Of a stretch of DNA of 32,000 bases, positions 1 through 8,354 are shown in pieces. The position numbers and the translations under genes are program-made. Position 1 is the stretch's first letter. Every line of letters starts with the position of its first letter. Source of the stretch: Paracoccus suum (GTDB taxonomy: Bacteria > Pseudomonadota > Alphaproteobacteria > Rhodobacterales > Rhodobacteraceae); the NCBI RefSeq assembly GCF_003324675.1, contig NZ_CP030918.1, positions 1,530,001 to 1,562,000 of the forward strand. Direction: 5' to 3'. The notes beneath the pieces are model-generated. The model worked only from the letters and a program-made list of their open reading frames with translations, did not search any database and was not told the DNA's origin.

Positions 1-1766
1 CCGGTTCCGGCATCCTGTGGATGGCCTGGCGCTCGGTCCTATTGCGCGCGCCGGGGATGGACCTGCTGATCGGCCTCGGCGCGCTGTCAGCCTGTGCGGT
101 CTCGGCCTGGTCGCTGGCGCAAGGCCGGTCCGAGGTCTGGTTCGATACCGCGACAATGCTGATCACGCTGCTGTTGTTCGGGCGGCTGGTCGATACCGCG
201 ACCCGGCGCAGCGCGGTCGATGCCCTGCGCGCGATGGAGGACGCCTCGCCGGAAACCGCCTTGGTCGAAACCGATGCCGGCTGGCAGCCGCAACCCTGCG
301 CCGATGTGGCCATCGGCAGGCGCATCGCAGTCGATGCCGGCGCGCCGGTCAGCATGGACGGGGTGGTCCTTTCCGGGGACAGCCAGATCAACCGCGCTGT
401 CCTGACGGGCGAGACGGCGCTGGTTGCTGTCGGATCGGGGGACCGGGTCGAGGCAGGTGCCATCAACCTCGGCCGGCGCCTGATCCTGAGGGTCGAGCGC
501 GCTTTCGGCGACCGCGAGATCGACCGCATGGGCGGGGCCATCGCGCTGGAAGTGGCGCGGCGCGGCACCCGCGCCTCAGCCTCCGACCATTGGGCGGCGC
601 GTCTGTCCGTGGCGATCCCGGCGCTGGCCGCGATCACCGCGCTGGTATCCTTTGGCCTGGGACTCGGGGCCGAGGCCGCGCTGCTGCGCGGGCTGACCCT
701 GCTGGTCGCGGCCTGTCCCTGCGCCTTGGCGATTGCCCTGCCACTGGCGCAGATGCGCGCCGCCCAGACCGCCGCTGCCCAGGGCATGCGCCTGCGCGAT
801 CCCGACGCCTTCGGCGCGCTCGGCCATCTCGGCAGCATCGTCTTTGACAAGACCGGCACGTTGACCACCGGCCAGTTGCAGGTGGTCGAGCTACGCCCGG
901 CCGAAGGGATCGATGCCGCCCAGCTGTTGCAACTCGCTGCACTGGCCGAGACCGGGATCAGCCACCCCATCGCCCGGGCGATCATCGCCGCGCATGGCTG
1001 CGAGGCTGGGGTGGGCGGGCGCCGCCTGCCGCGCGGCGCCGAGGCCGAGGACGACGCAGGGCGCGTGGTCGAAATCGGCGCTGCCGGTCAGGCCGATGCG
1101 CAGGGGCGCAGCTGGCTGGTCGTCCGCCGCGACGGGCGCGAGGTCGGCCGCATCGCGCTGGCAGACACGCTGCGGCCAGAGGCGGCCTCCGTTCTTGCAA
1201 CGCTGCGGGAACAGGGGATTGTCCTGCACATGGCAACTGGCGACAGCGCGCCCGCGGCGCTTGCCCTGGCAGACCGGCTGGGGCTTTCGGCCGGCTCTGT
1301 CTCGCATGACTGCACGCCCAGCCAAAAGGCGGCGCTGCTGGGAAGCCTGCCGCGACCCGTGGCCTTCGTGGGCGACGGGGTCAATGACGGACCCGCGCTC
1401 GCCGCCGCTGATTGCGGGATCTCGGTCGCGGATGCCCATTCGGCCGCGGTGCAGACGGCGGCGGTCGTGATAACCGCCGGCGGGCTGACCCATATCGCCG
1501 GGGCCATCACGCTGTCCCGCGGCACCCGGCGGATCGCGCATCAGAACCTGGCCCTGGCATTGATTTATAACGCGTTCATGTTGCCGGCCGCCGCTTTCGG
1601 GCTGATCGGTCCGGCGGTCGCGGCGGCGGCGATGCTGGCGAGTTCCGTCTCGGTCATCCTGAATAGCCAGAGGCTCGGCCGGCGCGCCGCCGGCGAGGAT
1701 CGGCCGGCCGCCCCCCGGGCCGGCTGGATTTCGGCCGGCGTGGCCGATAAATTCGAAACGCTTTGA
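1..1766 (+). CDS. Heavy-metal translocating P-type ATPase (P1B), 5'-partial at window edge
   Basis: The reading frame is open to the window start. Motifs read in the translation: LTGETA (TGE actuator), AACPCALA (CPC metal site), FDKTGTLT (phosphorylation site), ISHPIARA (SEHP-like) and GDGVNDGPALAAAD (hinge). At 581 aa visible it is shorter than typical P1B pumps, so the N-terminus lies upstream. Confidence 0.85.
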   Translation, partial: GSGILWMAWRSVLLRAPGMDLLIGLGALSACAVSAWSLAQGRSEVWFDTATMLITLLLFGRLVDTATRRSAVDALRAMEDASPETALVETDAGWQPQPCADVAIGRRIAVDAGAPVSMDGVVLSGDSQINRAVLTGETALVAVGSGDRVEAGAINLGRRLILRVERAFGDREIDRMGGAIALEVARRGTRASASDHWAARLSVAIPALAAITALVSFGLGLGAEAALLRGLTLLVAACPCALAIALPLAQMRAAQTAAAQGMRLRDPDAFGALGHLGSIVFDKTGTLTTGQLQVVELRPAEGIDAAQLLQLAALAETGISHPIARAIIAAHGCEAGVGGRRLPRGAEAEDDAGRVVEIGAAGQADAQGRSWLVVRRDGREVGRIALADTLRPEAASVLATLREQGIVLHMATGDSAPAALALADRLGLSAGSVSHDCTPSQKAALLGSLPRPVAFVGDGVNDGPALAAADCGISVADAHSAAVQTAAVVITAGGLTHIAGAITLSRGTRRIAHQNLALALIYNAFMLPAAAFGLIGPAVAAAAMLASSVSVILNSQRLGRRAAGEDRPAAPRAGWISAGVADKFETL

Positions 1767-1775
1767 GGGTTCGAG

Positions 1776-2291
1776 ATGCAACATGTCACTCGCAGAACGG
1801 TCACGTTTGCCTTGCTCGCGCTGCTGGCCGCGTGCAGCCAGACAGATCCAAAGTTCAAGACCTACAACGGCCCGCCGGTGACCGAGATCGTCGTCAACAA
1901 GGGCGAGCGCCGCATGTACCTGATGAGCGGCCAGACCGTCCTGAAGGCCTATGAGGTCGGGCTCGGCAACGAGCCGGTCGGCACCAAGCATTTCGATGCC
2001 GACGGCAAGACACCGGAAGGCGTCTATTTCATCGACCGCGCCAACCCGAACAGCGAGTTTCACCTGTCGCTCGGCGTGTCCTACCCGAACGCGAACGACA
2101 TCGCCTATGCACAGGCGCAGGGTCGGCACCCCGGCGGCGATATCTTCATCCACGGCTGGGGCGATGAGGGTCACCGCCTGGCGCCCACCAAGCGCGACTG
2201 GACCGCAGGCTGCATTGCTGTCCGGGACGAGGAGATCGAGGAGGTCTACGCCATGGTAAAAGGTGGCGTGCCGATCGTGATCAATAGCTGA
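1776..2291 (+). CDS. L,D-transpeptidase (YkuD-domain) lipoprotein
   Basis: Signal peptide with a lipobox (LLALLAAC-SQ). The C-terminal catalytic signature HGW...DWTAGCIAV is the His/Cys YkuD motif. GAGGG sits upstream of the ATG. Confidence 0.8.
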   Translation: MQHVTRRTVTFALLALLAACSQTDPKFKTYNGPPVTEIVVNKGERRMYLMSGQTVLKAYEVGLGNEPVGTKHFDADGKTPEGVYFIDRANPNSEFHLSLGVSYPNANDIAYAQAQGRHPGGDIFIHGWGDEGHRLAPTKRDWTAGCIAVRDEEIEEVYAMVKGGVPIVINS

Positions 2292-2342
2292 GCTATCGCG
2301 CGGACCTCCCTGCGGAGCGCGCGAAAAGCGCCGCGCCCACCC

Positions 2343-2660
2343 TCACCGCTCCCTGCAAAACGCCTCGTAAAGCGCTGACATCAGCACCTGAACGTCCGGG
2401 TCGCAGATGCTGTAATAGATCGCCTGGCCCTCGCGGCGCGTGTCCACCATCCGCGCCTCGCGCAGCTTGGCGAGGTGCTGGCTGAGCGCGGACTGGCTGA
2501 GACCGACTGCTGCCTGCAGGCTGCCGACCGACCGCTCGCCGGTGGCGAGTTCGCACAGGATCAGCAGGCGCTTTGCGTTCGCGACCAGGGCCAGTCGGCC
2601 CGCGACGTGGTCTGCGCGCTGCTGAAGGGCAGGGATCGAGGGGGCAGACTTTGCATCCAT
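2343..2660 (-). CDS. ArsR/SmtB-family winged-helix repressor, BigR/SqrR-like (candidate persulfide/sulfide sensor)
   Basis: HTH core SVGSLQAAVGLSQSALSQHLAKLREARMV...EGQAIYY is typical of the ArsR family. Cys36 (LILCEL, helix 2) and Cys102 (EAFCRER, C-terminus) are 66 residues apart, the same spacing as I recall for the BigR/SqrR redox cysteine pair. The gene is divergent from a yeeE/MBL operon. Confidence 0.8.
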   Translation of the reverse strand: MDAKSAPSIPALQQRADHVAGRLALVANAKRLLILCELATGERSVGSLQAAVGLSQSALSQHLAKLREARMVDTRREGQAIYYSICDPDVQVLMSALYEAFCRER

Positions 2661-2661
2661 G

Positions 2662-2696
2662 ATATTAGGATTGCCTTATATAGAATGTGCTAATAT
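2662..2696. promoter_or_regulatory. Inverted repeat ATATTAGgA-N17-TgCTAATAT, candidate operator for the ArsR-family repressor
   Basis: ATATTAG (2662-2668) and CTAATAT (2690-2696) are perfect reverse complements. They flank an AT-rich core (ATTG-N9-GAAT, TATATA) in the 89 bp divergent intergenic region. Confidence 0.45.
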
Positions 2697-2699
2697 ATA
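2671..2699 (+). promoter_or_regulatory. Candidate sigma70-type promoter for the yeeE/MBL operon (TTGCCT-N17-TATATA)
   Basis: -35 TTGCCT at 2671-2676, a 17 nt spacer, -10 TATATA at 2694-2699. The -10 overlaps the right arm of the inverted repeat. GAGG lies 8 nt before the ATG at 2750. Confidence 0.35.
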
Positions 2700-2749
2700 A
2701 GCCGCTGTCCGCCCAAGGCAAGCGGGACGATGTTAGCGAGGCAAGACGC

Positions 2750-3208
2750 ATGGAACTGGCGGTTGAGACAGCGTTCACGCCCTGGGCCTCGCTGGCTGGC
2801 GGGGTTCTGATCGGCCTCAGCGCGGTGATGGTGATGGGCCTTTTCGGTCGCATCGCCGGGATTTCAGGGATCACGGCCGGTTTCCTCGGGGCCATCGCGC
2901 CCATGACCCGCGCACCGCGAGACCGGGACTGGCGCATCGCCTTTCTGCTGGGCCTGATCGCTGCGCCGCCGCTGGTGATGCTGCTGGGCGGGACGGTGAC
3001 CCAGTCGGTGCCCCGCAATCTGCTCCGGATGGTGATGGCCGGGCTGCTGGTCGGCGTCGGCACGGCGCTAGGCTCCGGCTGCACGTCGGGGCATGGGGTT
3101 TGCGGACTCGCCCGGCTGTCCCGCCGCTCGCTCGTCGCCGTGCTGACCTTCATGGCGGCGGGAGTTGCGACGGTTTTCGTCCTGCGCCACGTGGTGGGGG
3201 CTGTGTGA
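2750..3208 (+). CDS. YeeE/YedE-family (half-size, DUF6691-like) sulfur-compound transport membrane protein
   Basis: Multi-pass hydrophobic protein with the conserved GSGCTSGHGVCGLARLS motif. Start chosen at MELAVETAF (SD GAGG upstream), because the ORF-track start at 2687 lies inside the promoter/operator. Confidence 0.75.
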   Translation: MELAVETAFTPWASLAGGVLIGLSAVMVMGLFGRIAGISGITAGFLGAIAPMTRAPRDRDWRIAFLLGLIAAPPLVMLLGGTVTQSVPRNLLRMVMAGLLVGVGTALGSGCTSGHGVCGLARLSRRSLVAVLTFMAAGVATVFVLRHVVGAV

Positions 3209-3648
3209 TGCGCCTGGTGATGGGATTTTTCAGCGGCCTCATCTTTGGCCTCGGCCTCGTGATTTCGGGGATGGCCAATCCGGCCAAAGTGCTGAACTTC
3301 CTAGACCTTGCCGGGACGTGGGATCCCAGCCTAGCCTTTGTCATGGCTGGCGCGATGACCACGGCCTTCATCGGCTACCGGTTGGTCTGGCGGCGCAAGG
3401 CCCCGGTCTTGGACGCCAGCTTCGATCTGCCGGCGCAATCGCGGATCGACCGTCCCCTGATCCTGGGCGCTGCATTGTTCGGCATCGGCTGGGGCATCGG
3501 TGGGTTTTGCCCCGGACCTGCTTGGGCCGCGCTGCCGCTGCTGGCCCCCGGCACGCTGGTTTTCCTGCCGGCCATGCTCGCCGGCCTCTGGATCGGCGCG
3601 CGCGCCAGATCGAACAACTTCCTCGCGGCCAAAGGCGCCTTGCAATGA
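3208..3648 (+). CDS. YeeE/YedE-family (second half-size) membrane protein
   Basis: Start MRLVMGFFSGLIFGLGLVISGMANP; contains the GIGGFCPGPA motif. Its ATG shares 1 nt with the upstream TGA (TGATG at 3206-3210). The N-terminal extension in the ORF track (from 3100) is out of character. Confidence 0.75.
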   Translation: MRLVMGFFSGLIFGLGLVISGMANPAKVLNFLDLAGTWDPSLAFVMAGAMTTAFIGYRLVWRRKAPVLDASFDLPAQSRIDRPLILGAALFGIGWGIGGFCPGPAWAALPLLAPGTLVFLPAMLAGLWIGARARSNNFLAAKGALQ

Positions 3649-4562
3649 CCGACTCGAAACTGAAACAGCGCCTCGTGCGTCATTCGCCCTCGCGCGGGGT
3701 GGGCAGCCCCGACGTTTGGGGCATCTACGAGCCTGACACCGGCTCGATCCAGTATATCTGCGCCGACCCGGTGACCAGAATGGCCGCGCTAATCGACGTC
3801 GCGTGGAATTTCGATCCCAAGAACTACCGCTTTTCGACCGGAAGCATGGACCAGGTGCTCGATCTGGTGCGCGCCGAGGGTCTGACCGTGCAATGGGTGC
3901 TCGACACCCACCCCCATGCTGATCACGTCATGGCCTCCGCCCATCTGGCGGAGCGGACCGGCGCGCCGAACGCGATTGGCGAGAAGGTGCCCGAAATCGC
4001 CGCCATCTGGGCCGAGATCTACAATCTCCCCGGCGTTTTCGAGCCAAAGCGCGATTTCGCCCACCTGTTCGCCGAGGGCGAGACCTTCCGGATTGGCGAT
4101 CTGGAGGCGCGGGTCATGCTGTCCCCCGGGCACACGCTGGGCTCGGTCACCTATGTCTGCGGCGATGCAGCCTTTGTGCATGACACGCTGATGCAGCCGG
4201 ACGTCGGCACCTCGCGTGCCGATTTTCCGGGCGGCAACACGGCGCAACTGTGGGATTCGATCCAGGCCATCCTGGCGCTGCCGCCGGACACCCGCCTTTT
4301 CGTCGGCCACGACTACGGCACTGACAGCCGCGACGAGCCCATGTGGGAGGCGACGGTCGCAAGGCACAAGGCCGAGAACCCGCATGTCAAGGACGGCACC
4401 CGACGCGAGGACTGGATCAAGCGCCGCGACGACCGGGACGCGACCCTGCCGCTACCGGACCGCATCCTCGCCGCGCTGCAGGTCAACCTGCGGGGCGGTC
4501 GGCTGCCTCGGGCCGAGGATGACGGCCGGGTCTATCTGAAGCTGCCTGTCAACCGCTTCTGA
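3645..4562 (+). CDS. MBL-fold metallo-hydrolase, Blh/ETHE1-like persulfide dioxygenase candidate
   Basis: HxHxDH motif (LDTHPHADH), then SPGHTLGS and VGHDY metal ligands. ATGA overlap with the upstream gene (3645-3648). The ORF-track extension back to 3165 overlaps the yeeE-like gene and is rejected. Confidence 0.8.
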   Translation: MTDSKLKQRLVRHSPSRGVGSPDVWGIYEPDTGSIQYICADPVTRMAALIDVAWNFDPKNYRFSTGSMDQVLDLVRAEGLTVQWVLDTHPHADHVMASAHLAERTGAPNAIGEKVPEIAAIWAEIYNLPGVFEPKRDFAHLFAEGETFRIGDLEARVMLSPGHTLGSVTYVCGDAAFVHDTLMQPDVGTSRADFPGGNTAQLWDSIQAILALPPDTRLFVGHDYGTDSRDEPMWEATVARHKAENPHVKDGTRREDWIKRRDDRDATLPLPDRILAALQVNLRGGRLPRAEDDGRVYLKLPVNRF

Positions 4563-4745
4563 CGCGGGGGGGCAGGTTCTTGAACTTGCGGATTGCTCCG
4601 CGACATTCGGCCTCCGGGGGTTGCCGATCTGCATAAGATCGCCTTTATGCAGGCGATCCGGCCCTTAGGTCTGCGGCCCCTCCCAATATGCTCGCATGCG
4701 GTTGCCCGTCCCTCTGGAAGGCGCGCCCGCGCGCTCAAGAAAGCC

Positions 4746-5717
4746 ATGACCGAATACCCAGCGCATAGATTCTCCGTCGCGCCGATGATGGACTGGACCG
4801 ACCACCAGTGCCGGGCGTTTCACCGGCTGCTGAGCCGCCGGGCGCTGCTTTATACCGAAATGGTGACCGCCGCTGCCATCGTGCATGGCGACCGCGACCG
4901 CATGCTGGGCTTCGACCGCGAGGCAGAGGGCCAGGTTGCGCTGCAACTGGGCGGCTCGGACCCCGCGCTGCTGGCAAAGGCGGTTCTGGCGGCGCGGGCA
5001 TGGCCCTATGTCGAGATGAACCTGAACGTCGGCTGTCCCAGCGACCGGGTGCAGTCAGGCTGCTTTGGGGCCGCCTTGATGCGCGATCCCGGATTGGTTG
5101 GCGATTGCGTAGCTGCCATGCAAGACGCGGCAGGCGGGGTCGAGGTCACCGTCAAGTGCCGCATCGGCGTCGACGACCAGAACCCCGACGAGGTGCTTCC
5201 CGCCTTTTTGCAGATGCTGTCGGACCGTGGCGTGCGGCGGGTCACGATCCATGCCCGCAAGGCATGGTTGCAAGGCCTCAGCCCGCGCGAGAATCGCGAG
5301 ATCCCGCCGCTCGATTATCCGCTGGTTCATGCCATGCGCGAGGCGTTTCCGGATATGCACCTGTCGATCAACGGCGGCATCGCCAGCCTCGCGGCTGCGG
5401 TTGAACACTTGGGCGTCATGAACGGGGTGATGGTCGGCCGGGCCGCCTATCACCAGCCATGGGACGTCCTCGGCGCAGCCGACACGCTCTGGGGCGAGGC
5501 GCCCCCGCTGACGACGCCGCTGTCCGCCGCTGAAGCGATGCGCCCGCGGATCGCGGCGCATCTGGCGGCGGGCGGGCGGCTGCATCAAATCACACGCCAT
5601 ATGCTGGGGCTGTTTCACGGCCAGCCCGGCGCGCGCGGCTGGAAGCGCACCTTGTCCGAGGCCGGCCCGACCGGCGATCTGCGGACCTACGACTTCGCCA
5701 TGGCGGCTGTCGCCTAG
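4746..5717 (+). CDS. dusA: tRNA-dihydrouridine(20/20a) synthase DusA
   Basis: N-terminus RFSVAPMMDWTDHQCRAFHRLLS plus NLNVGCPS and KCRIG motifs, characteristic of DusA. Start at MTEYPAH. Confidence 0.9.
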   Translation: MTEYPAHRFSVAPMMDWTDHQCRAFHRLLSRRALLYTEMVTAAAIVHGDRDRMLGFDREAEGQVALQLGGSDPALLAKAVLAARAWPYVEMNLNVGCPSDRVQSGCFGAALMRDPGLVGDCVAAMQDAAGGVEVTVKCRIGVDDQNPDEVLPAFLQMLSDRGVRRVTIHARKAWLQGLSPRENREIPPLDYPLVHAMREAFPDMHLSINGGIASLAAAVEHLGVMNGVMVGRAAYHQPWDVLGAADTLWGEAPPLTTPLSAAEAMRPRIAAHLAAGGRLHQITRHMLGLFHGQPGARGWKRTLSEAGPTGDLRTYDFAMAAVA

Positions 5718-5736
5718 CGGACGTCCGCGCTGCCGT

Positions 5737-6573
5737 TCAGGCGCGCTCTGCCGCCTTGGCGGCATCCCATAGCGCGTCCATCTCGGCCAGATCGCTATCC
5801 TCGGGGCGCTTGCCGCGGGCGGCGAGCGCCGCCTCGATCGACGCAAACCGGCGCGTGAACTTGGCATTGGCGCTACGCAAGGCCTCCTCGGGGTCGATGT
5901 CGAGATGGCGGGCGAGGTTGGCCACGACGAACAGCAGATCGCCCATCTCCTCCGTCAGGTGGGCCTTGTCGGCGCTGTCGCGCGCGGCCACCAGTTCGGC
6001 GGCCTCCTCCTGCAACTTGTCCAGCACCTGCGCGGTCTGCGGCCAGTCAAAGCCGACGCGCGCGGCGCGGTTCTGCAATTTGACCGCGCGGGTCAGCGAC
6101 GGCAGGCCCAAGGCGACACCGTCCAGCACTCCCCGCTCGGCCTTGGCGGCGCGCTCGGTGGCCTTGATCGCCTCCCAGTCCTTGACCTGCTGGGCGGCGG
6201 ACTTGTCGCGGCTCTCGTCGCCAAAGACATGCGGGTGACGCGAGATCAGCTTGCCGTTGATCGCGGCGGCGACCTCGGTCAGGCCGAACATGCCGGCCTC
6301 GCGTGCCATCTGGGCGTGAAAGACCACCTGCAACAGCAGATCCCCCAACTCGCCCGGCAACTCGTCCCAAGCCTGCCGGGCGATGGCGTCGGCGACCTCA
6401 TGCGCCTCCTCGATGGTGTAGGGGGCGATGGTCGCGAAGGTCTGCTCGATGTCCCAGGGACAGCCGGTGCTGGGGTCGCGCAACCGGGCCATGATCTGCG
6501 CCAGCCGGGCGATCTCGGCCCCGGCGGCCTCGTCGTCCCGCGGGTCGCCTGTCGGAAGGGTGGCCTCGGTCAT
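5737..6573 (-). CDS. mazG: Nucleoside triphosphate pyrophosphohydrolase MazG
   Basis: LRDPSTGCPWDIEQTFATIAPYTIEEAHEVADAI and a second MazG repeat (EEAAELV...EMGDLLFVVANLARH). Start at MTEATLP (cat at 6571-6573). The upstream part of the 410 aa ORF is an arginine/tryptophan-rich artefact. Confidence 0.9.
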   Translation of the reverse strand: MTEATLPTGDPRDDEAAGAEIARLAQIMARLRDPSTGCPWDIEQTFATIAPYTIEEAHEVADAIARQAWDELPGELGDLLLQVVFHAQMAREAGMFGLTEVAAAINGKLISRHPHVFGDESRDKSAAQQVKDWEAIKATERAAKAERGVLDGVALGLPSLTRAVKLQNRAARVGFDWPQTAQVLDKLQEEAAELVAARDSADKAHLTEEMGDLLFVVANLARHLDIDPEEALRSANAKFTRRFASIEAALAARGKRPEDSDLAEMDALWDAAKAAERA

Positions 6574-6637
6574 GGACAATTCCCCGGCAAATGCTGACTG
6601 TGGCCCGAACTGCCATAGCCCCTGCCGCGAGTCCATC

Positions 6638-7825
6638 ATGCCCGTCCTGAACCGCATCGCCGCCTTCGAGAGTGACATGACCGCCTGGCGGCGGCACCTG
6701 CACCAGCATCCCGAACTGGGATTCGAATGCCACCAGACCGCGGCCTTCGTTGCCGAGAAGCTGCGGGAATTCGGAGTGGACGAGGTGCATGAGGGCATCG
6801 GCCAGACCGGGATCGTCGCGATCATCAGCGGCAGTGGCGGCGCTGGCCCGACCATCGGGCTGCGCGCCGACATGGATGCGCTGCCGATGGACGAGGCGAC
6901 GGGCGCGACCTGGACCTCGCGCGTGCCGGGGCGAATGCATGCCTGCGGCCATGACGGCCACACCACCATGCTGCTGGGCGCTGCGCGTTATCTGGCCGAG
7001 ACCCGCAACTTTGCCGGCCGCGTCGCGCTGATCTTTCAGCCTGCCGAGGAGGCTGGCGGCGGCGGCGAGGCAATGGTCCAGGACGGCATGATGGACCGAT
7101 TTGACATCGGTCAGGTCTTTGCGCTGCATAACAATCCCGGTCAGGACCTTGGCAGTTTTCGGACCACGCCCGGGCCGATCATGGCGGCGGTCGACACGCT
7201 CGACATTACCGTCAGGGGACGCGGCGGGCATGGCGCCATGCCGCATCTGACCGCCGATCCGATCGTCTGCGCCGTCGCCATCGTGTCCGCGATCCAGACC
7301 ATTTCCAGCCGCAACCATTACGCGCTGGACGATCTGGCGCTGTCCGTGACCCAGATCCACGCCGGCAGCGCCGACAACATCATCCCTGACAGTGCCTGGG
7401 TGAACGGCACCATCCGCACCTTCGATCCGCAGGTACGCGAGATGGTGCGCCGGCGCCTCACCGACATCTGCGAAGGCGAGGCCCGCGCCTATGGCGTCGA
7501 GGTCGAACTGGTCTATTCCGAGGGCTACCCGGCGACGGTCAACGACAATGCCGCCGCCGCCTTTGCGGCCGAGGTCGCGCGTGACGTTGCGGGCGAAGCC
7601 CAGGTCGATGCCGCTGCCGGGCGCGAGATGGGGGCCGAGGATTTCAGCTACATGCTGCAGGCCCGGCCAGGGGCGTATCTGTTCCTCGGCACCGGACCCG
7701 GGGCAGGGGTGCACAACCCCGGCTTTGACTTCAACGACGCCGCATCGCCGGTCGGGGCCAGCTTTTTTGCCCGCCTGGTCGAACGCGCGCAGCCCGCGCG
7801 GCGGGTCGAGGCGGCTGCTTCGTAA
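6638..7825 (+). CDS. M20D-family amidohydrolase (hippurate hydrolase / N-acyl-L-amino acid amidohydrolase-like)
   Basis: WRRHLHQHPELGFECHQTA, RADMDALP, MHACGHDGHTTMLLGAA and FQPAEE motifs. Start at MPVLNRI, divergent from mazG across a 64 bp spacer. Confidence 0.85.
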   Translation: MPVLNRIAAFESDMTAWRRHLHQHPELGFECHQTAAFVAEKLREFGVDEVHEGIGQTGIVAIISGSGGAGPTIGLRADMDALPMDEATGATWTSRVPGRMHACGHDGHTTMLLGAARYLAETRNFAGRVALIFQPAEEAGGGGEAMVQDGMMDRFDIGQVFALHNNPGQDLGSFRTTPGPIMAAVDTLDITVRGRGGHGAMPHLTADPIVCAVAIVSAIQTISSRNHYALDDLALSVTQIHAGSADNIIPDSAWVNGTIRTFDPQVREMVRRRLTDICEGEARAYGVEVELVYSEGYPATVNDNAAAAFAAEVARDVAGEAQVDAAAGREMGAEDFSYMLQARPGAYLFLGTGPGAGVHNPGFDFNDAASPVGASFFARLVERAQPARRVEAAAS

Positions 7826-7888
7826 CCCAGCCGCCCCGCCCCGGAATTCGCCCTGCTGCGGACCGCATCATGACCCTGTATCCGCTCG

Positions 7889-7921
7889 CCCCCGCGCCGC
7901 GAATCGGCGCGGGGGTTTCTT
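7889..7921 (+). terminator. Rho-independent terminator after the amidohydrolase gene
   Basis: Perfect 11 bp GC stem CCCCCGCGCCG (7889-7899) / CGGCGCGGGGG (7905-7915), loop CGAAT, followed by TTTCTT. Confidence 0.7.
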
Positions 7922-8011
7922 GTAATCCCGGTCCTTGGCGAATAGGGTGCGCGCCAATCCGCGCCGCGGCCCCTCCGCCGGCGCACGTCGCGTTCGACCA
8001 AAGGACACCCG

Positions 8012-8347
8012 ATGTTCGTCAGCCCAGCCTTCGCCCAGACCACCGCCGCCGCCCCCGGCGGGGCCGCCGCCTTTGCCCAGTTCGTGCCGCTGGTCCTGAT
8101 TTTCGTCATCATGTATTTCCTGATGATCCGCCCGCAGCAGAAGAAGGCCACCCAGCACCGCGCCATGGTCGAGGCGCTGAAAAAGGGTGACACCGTGGTC
8201 ACCTCGGGCGGAATCATCGGCAAGGTCATCGCGGTGCGCGAGAATGAGCTCGAGGTCGAGATCGCGCCGCAGGTCCGCATCAAGGTTGTCCGCGCGACCG
8301 TCGCACAGGTGGTGACGCCGAACGCGCCCGCCGCCGCGAACAGCTGA
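8012..8347 (+). CDS. yajC: Preprotein translocase subunit YajC
   Basis: Single TM segment followed by the YFLMIRPQQKK...GDTVVTSGGIIGKV signature. Lies directly upstream of secD. AAGGA SD. Confidence 0.9.
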   Translation: MFVSPAFAQTTAAAPGGAAAFAQFVPLVLIFVIMYFLMIRPQQKKATQHRAMVEALKKGDTVVTSGGIIGKVIAVRENELEVEIAPQVRIKVVRATVAQVVTPNAPAAANS

Positions 8348-8354
8348 GGTCACG

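Noticed and set aside
891-2174. 427 aa - strand ORF
   Set aside because: It is antisense to the P-type ATPase and the L,D-transpeptidase, both of which have clear catalytic motifs.
2292-2342. GC-rich imperfect hairpins (CGCGC..CTCC-ctgc-GGAG-CGCGCG, then AAAAG) between the convergent L,D-transpeptidase and ArsR genes
   Set aside because: The stem is bulged and lacks a clean U-tract in either direction. It may be a weak bidirectional terminator, but I cannot support it well enough to list as a feature.
5717-5728. 12 nt perfect palindrome GCGGACGTCCGC between the convergent dusA and mazG
   Set aside because: It would give only a 4 bp stem with a 4 nt loop, with no U-tract on either side. That is too small to call a bidirectional terminator.
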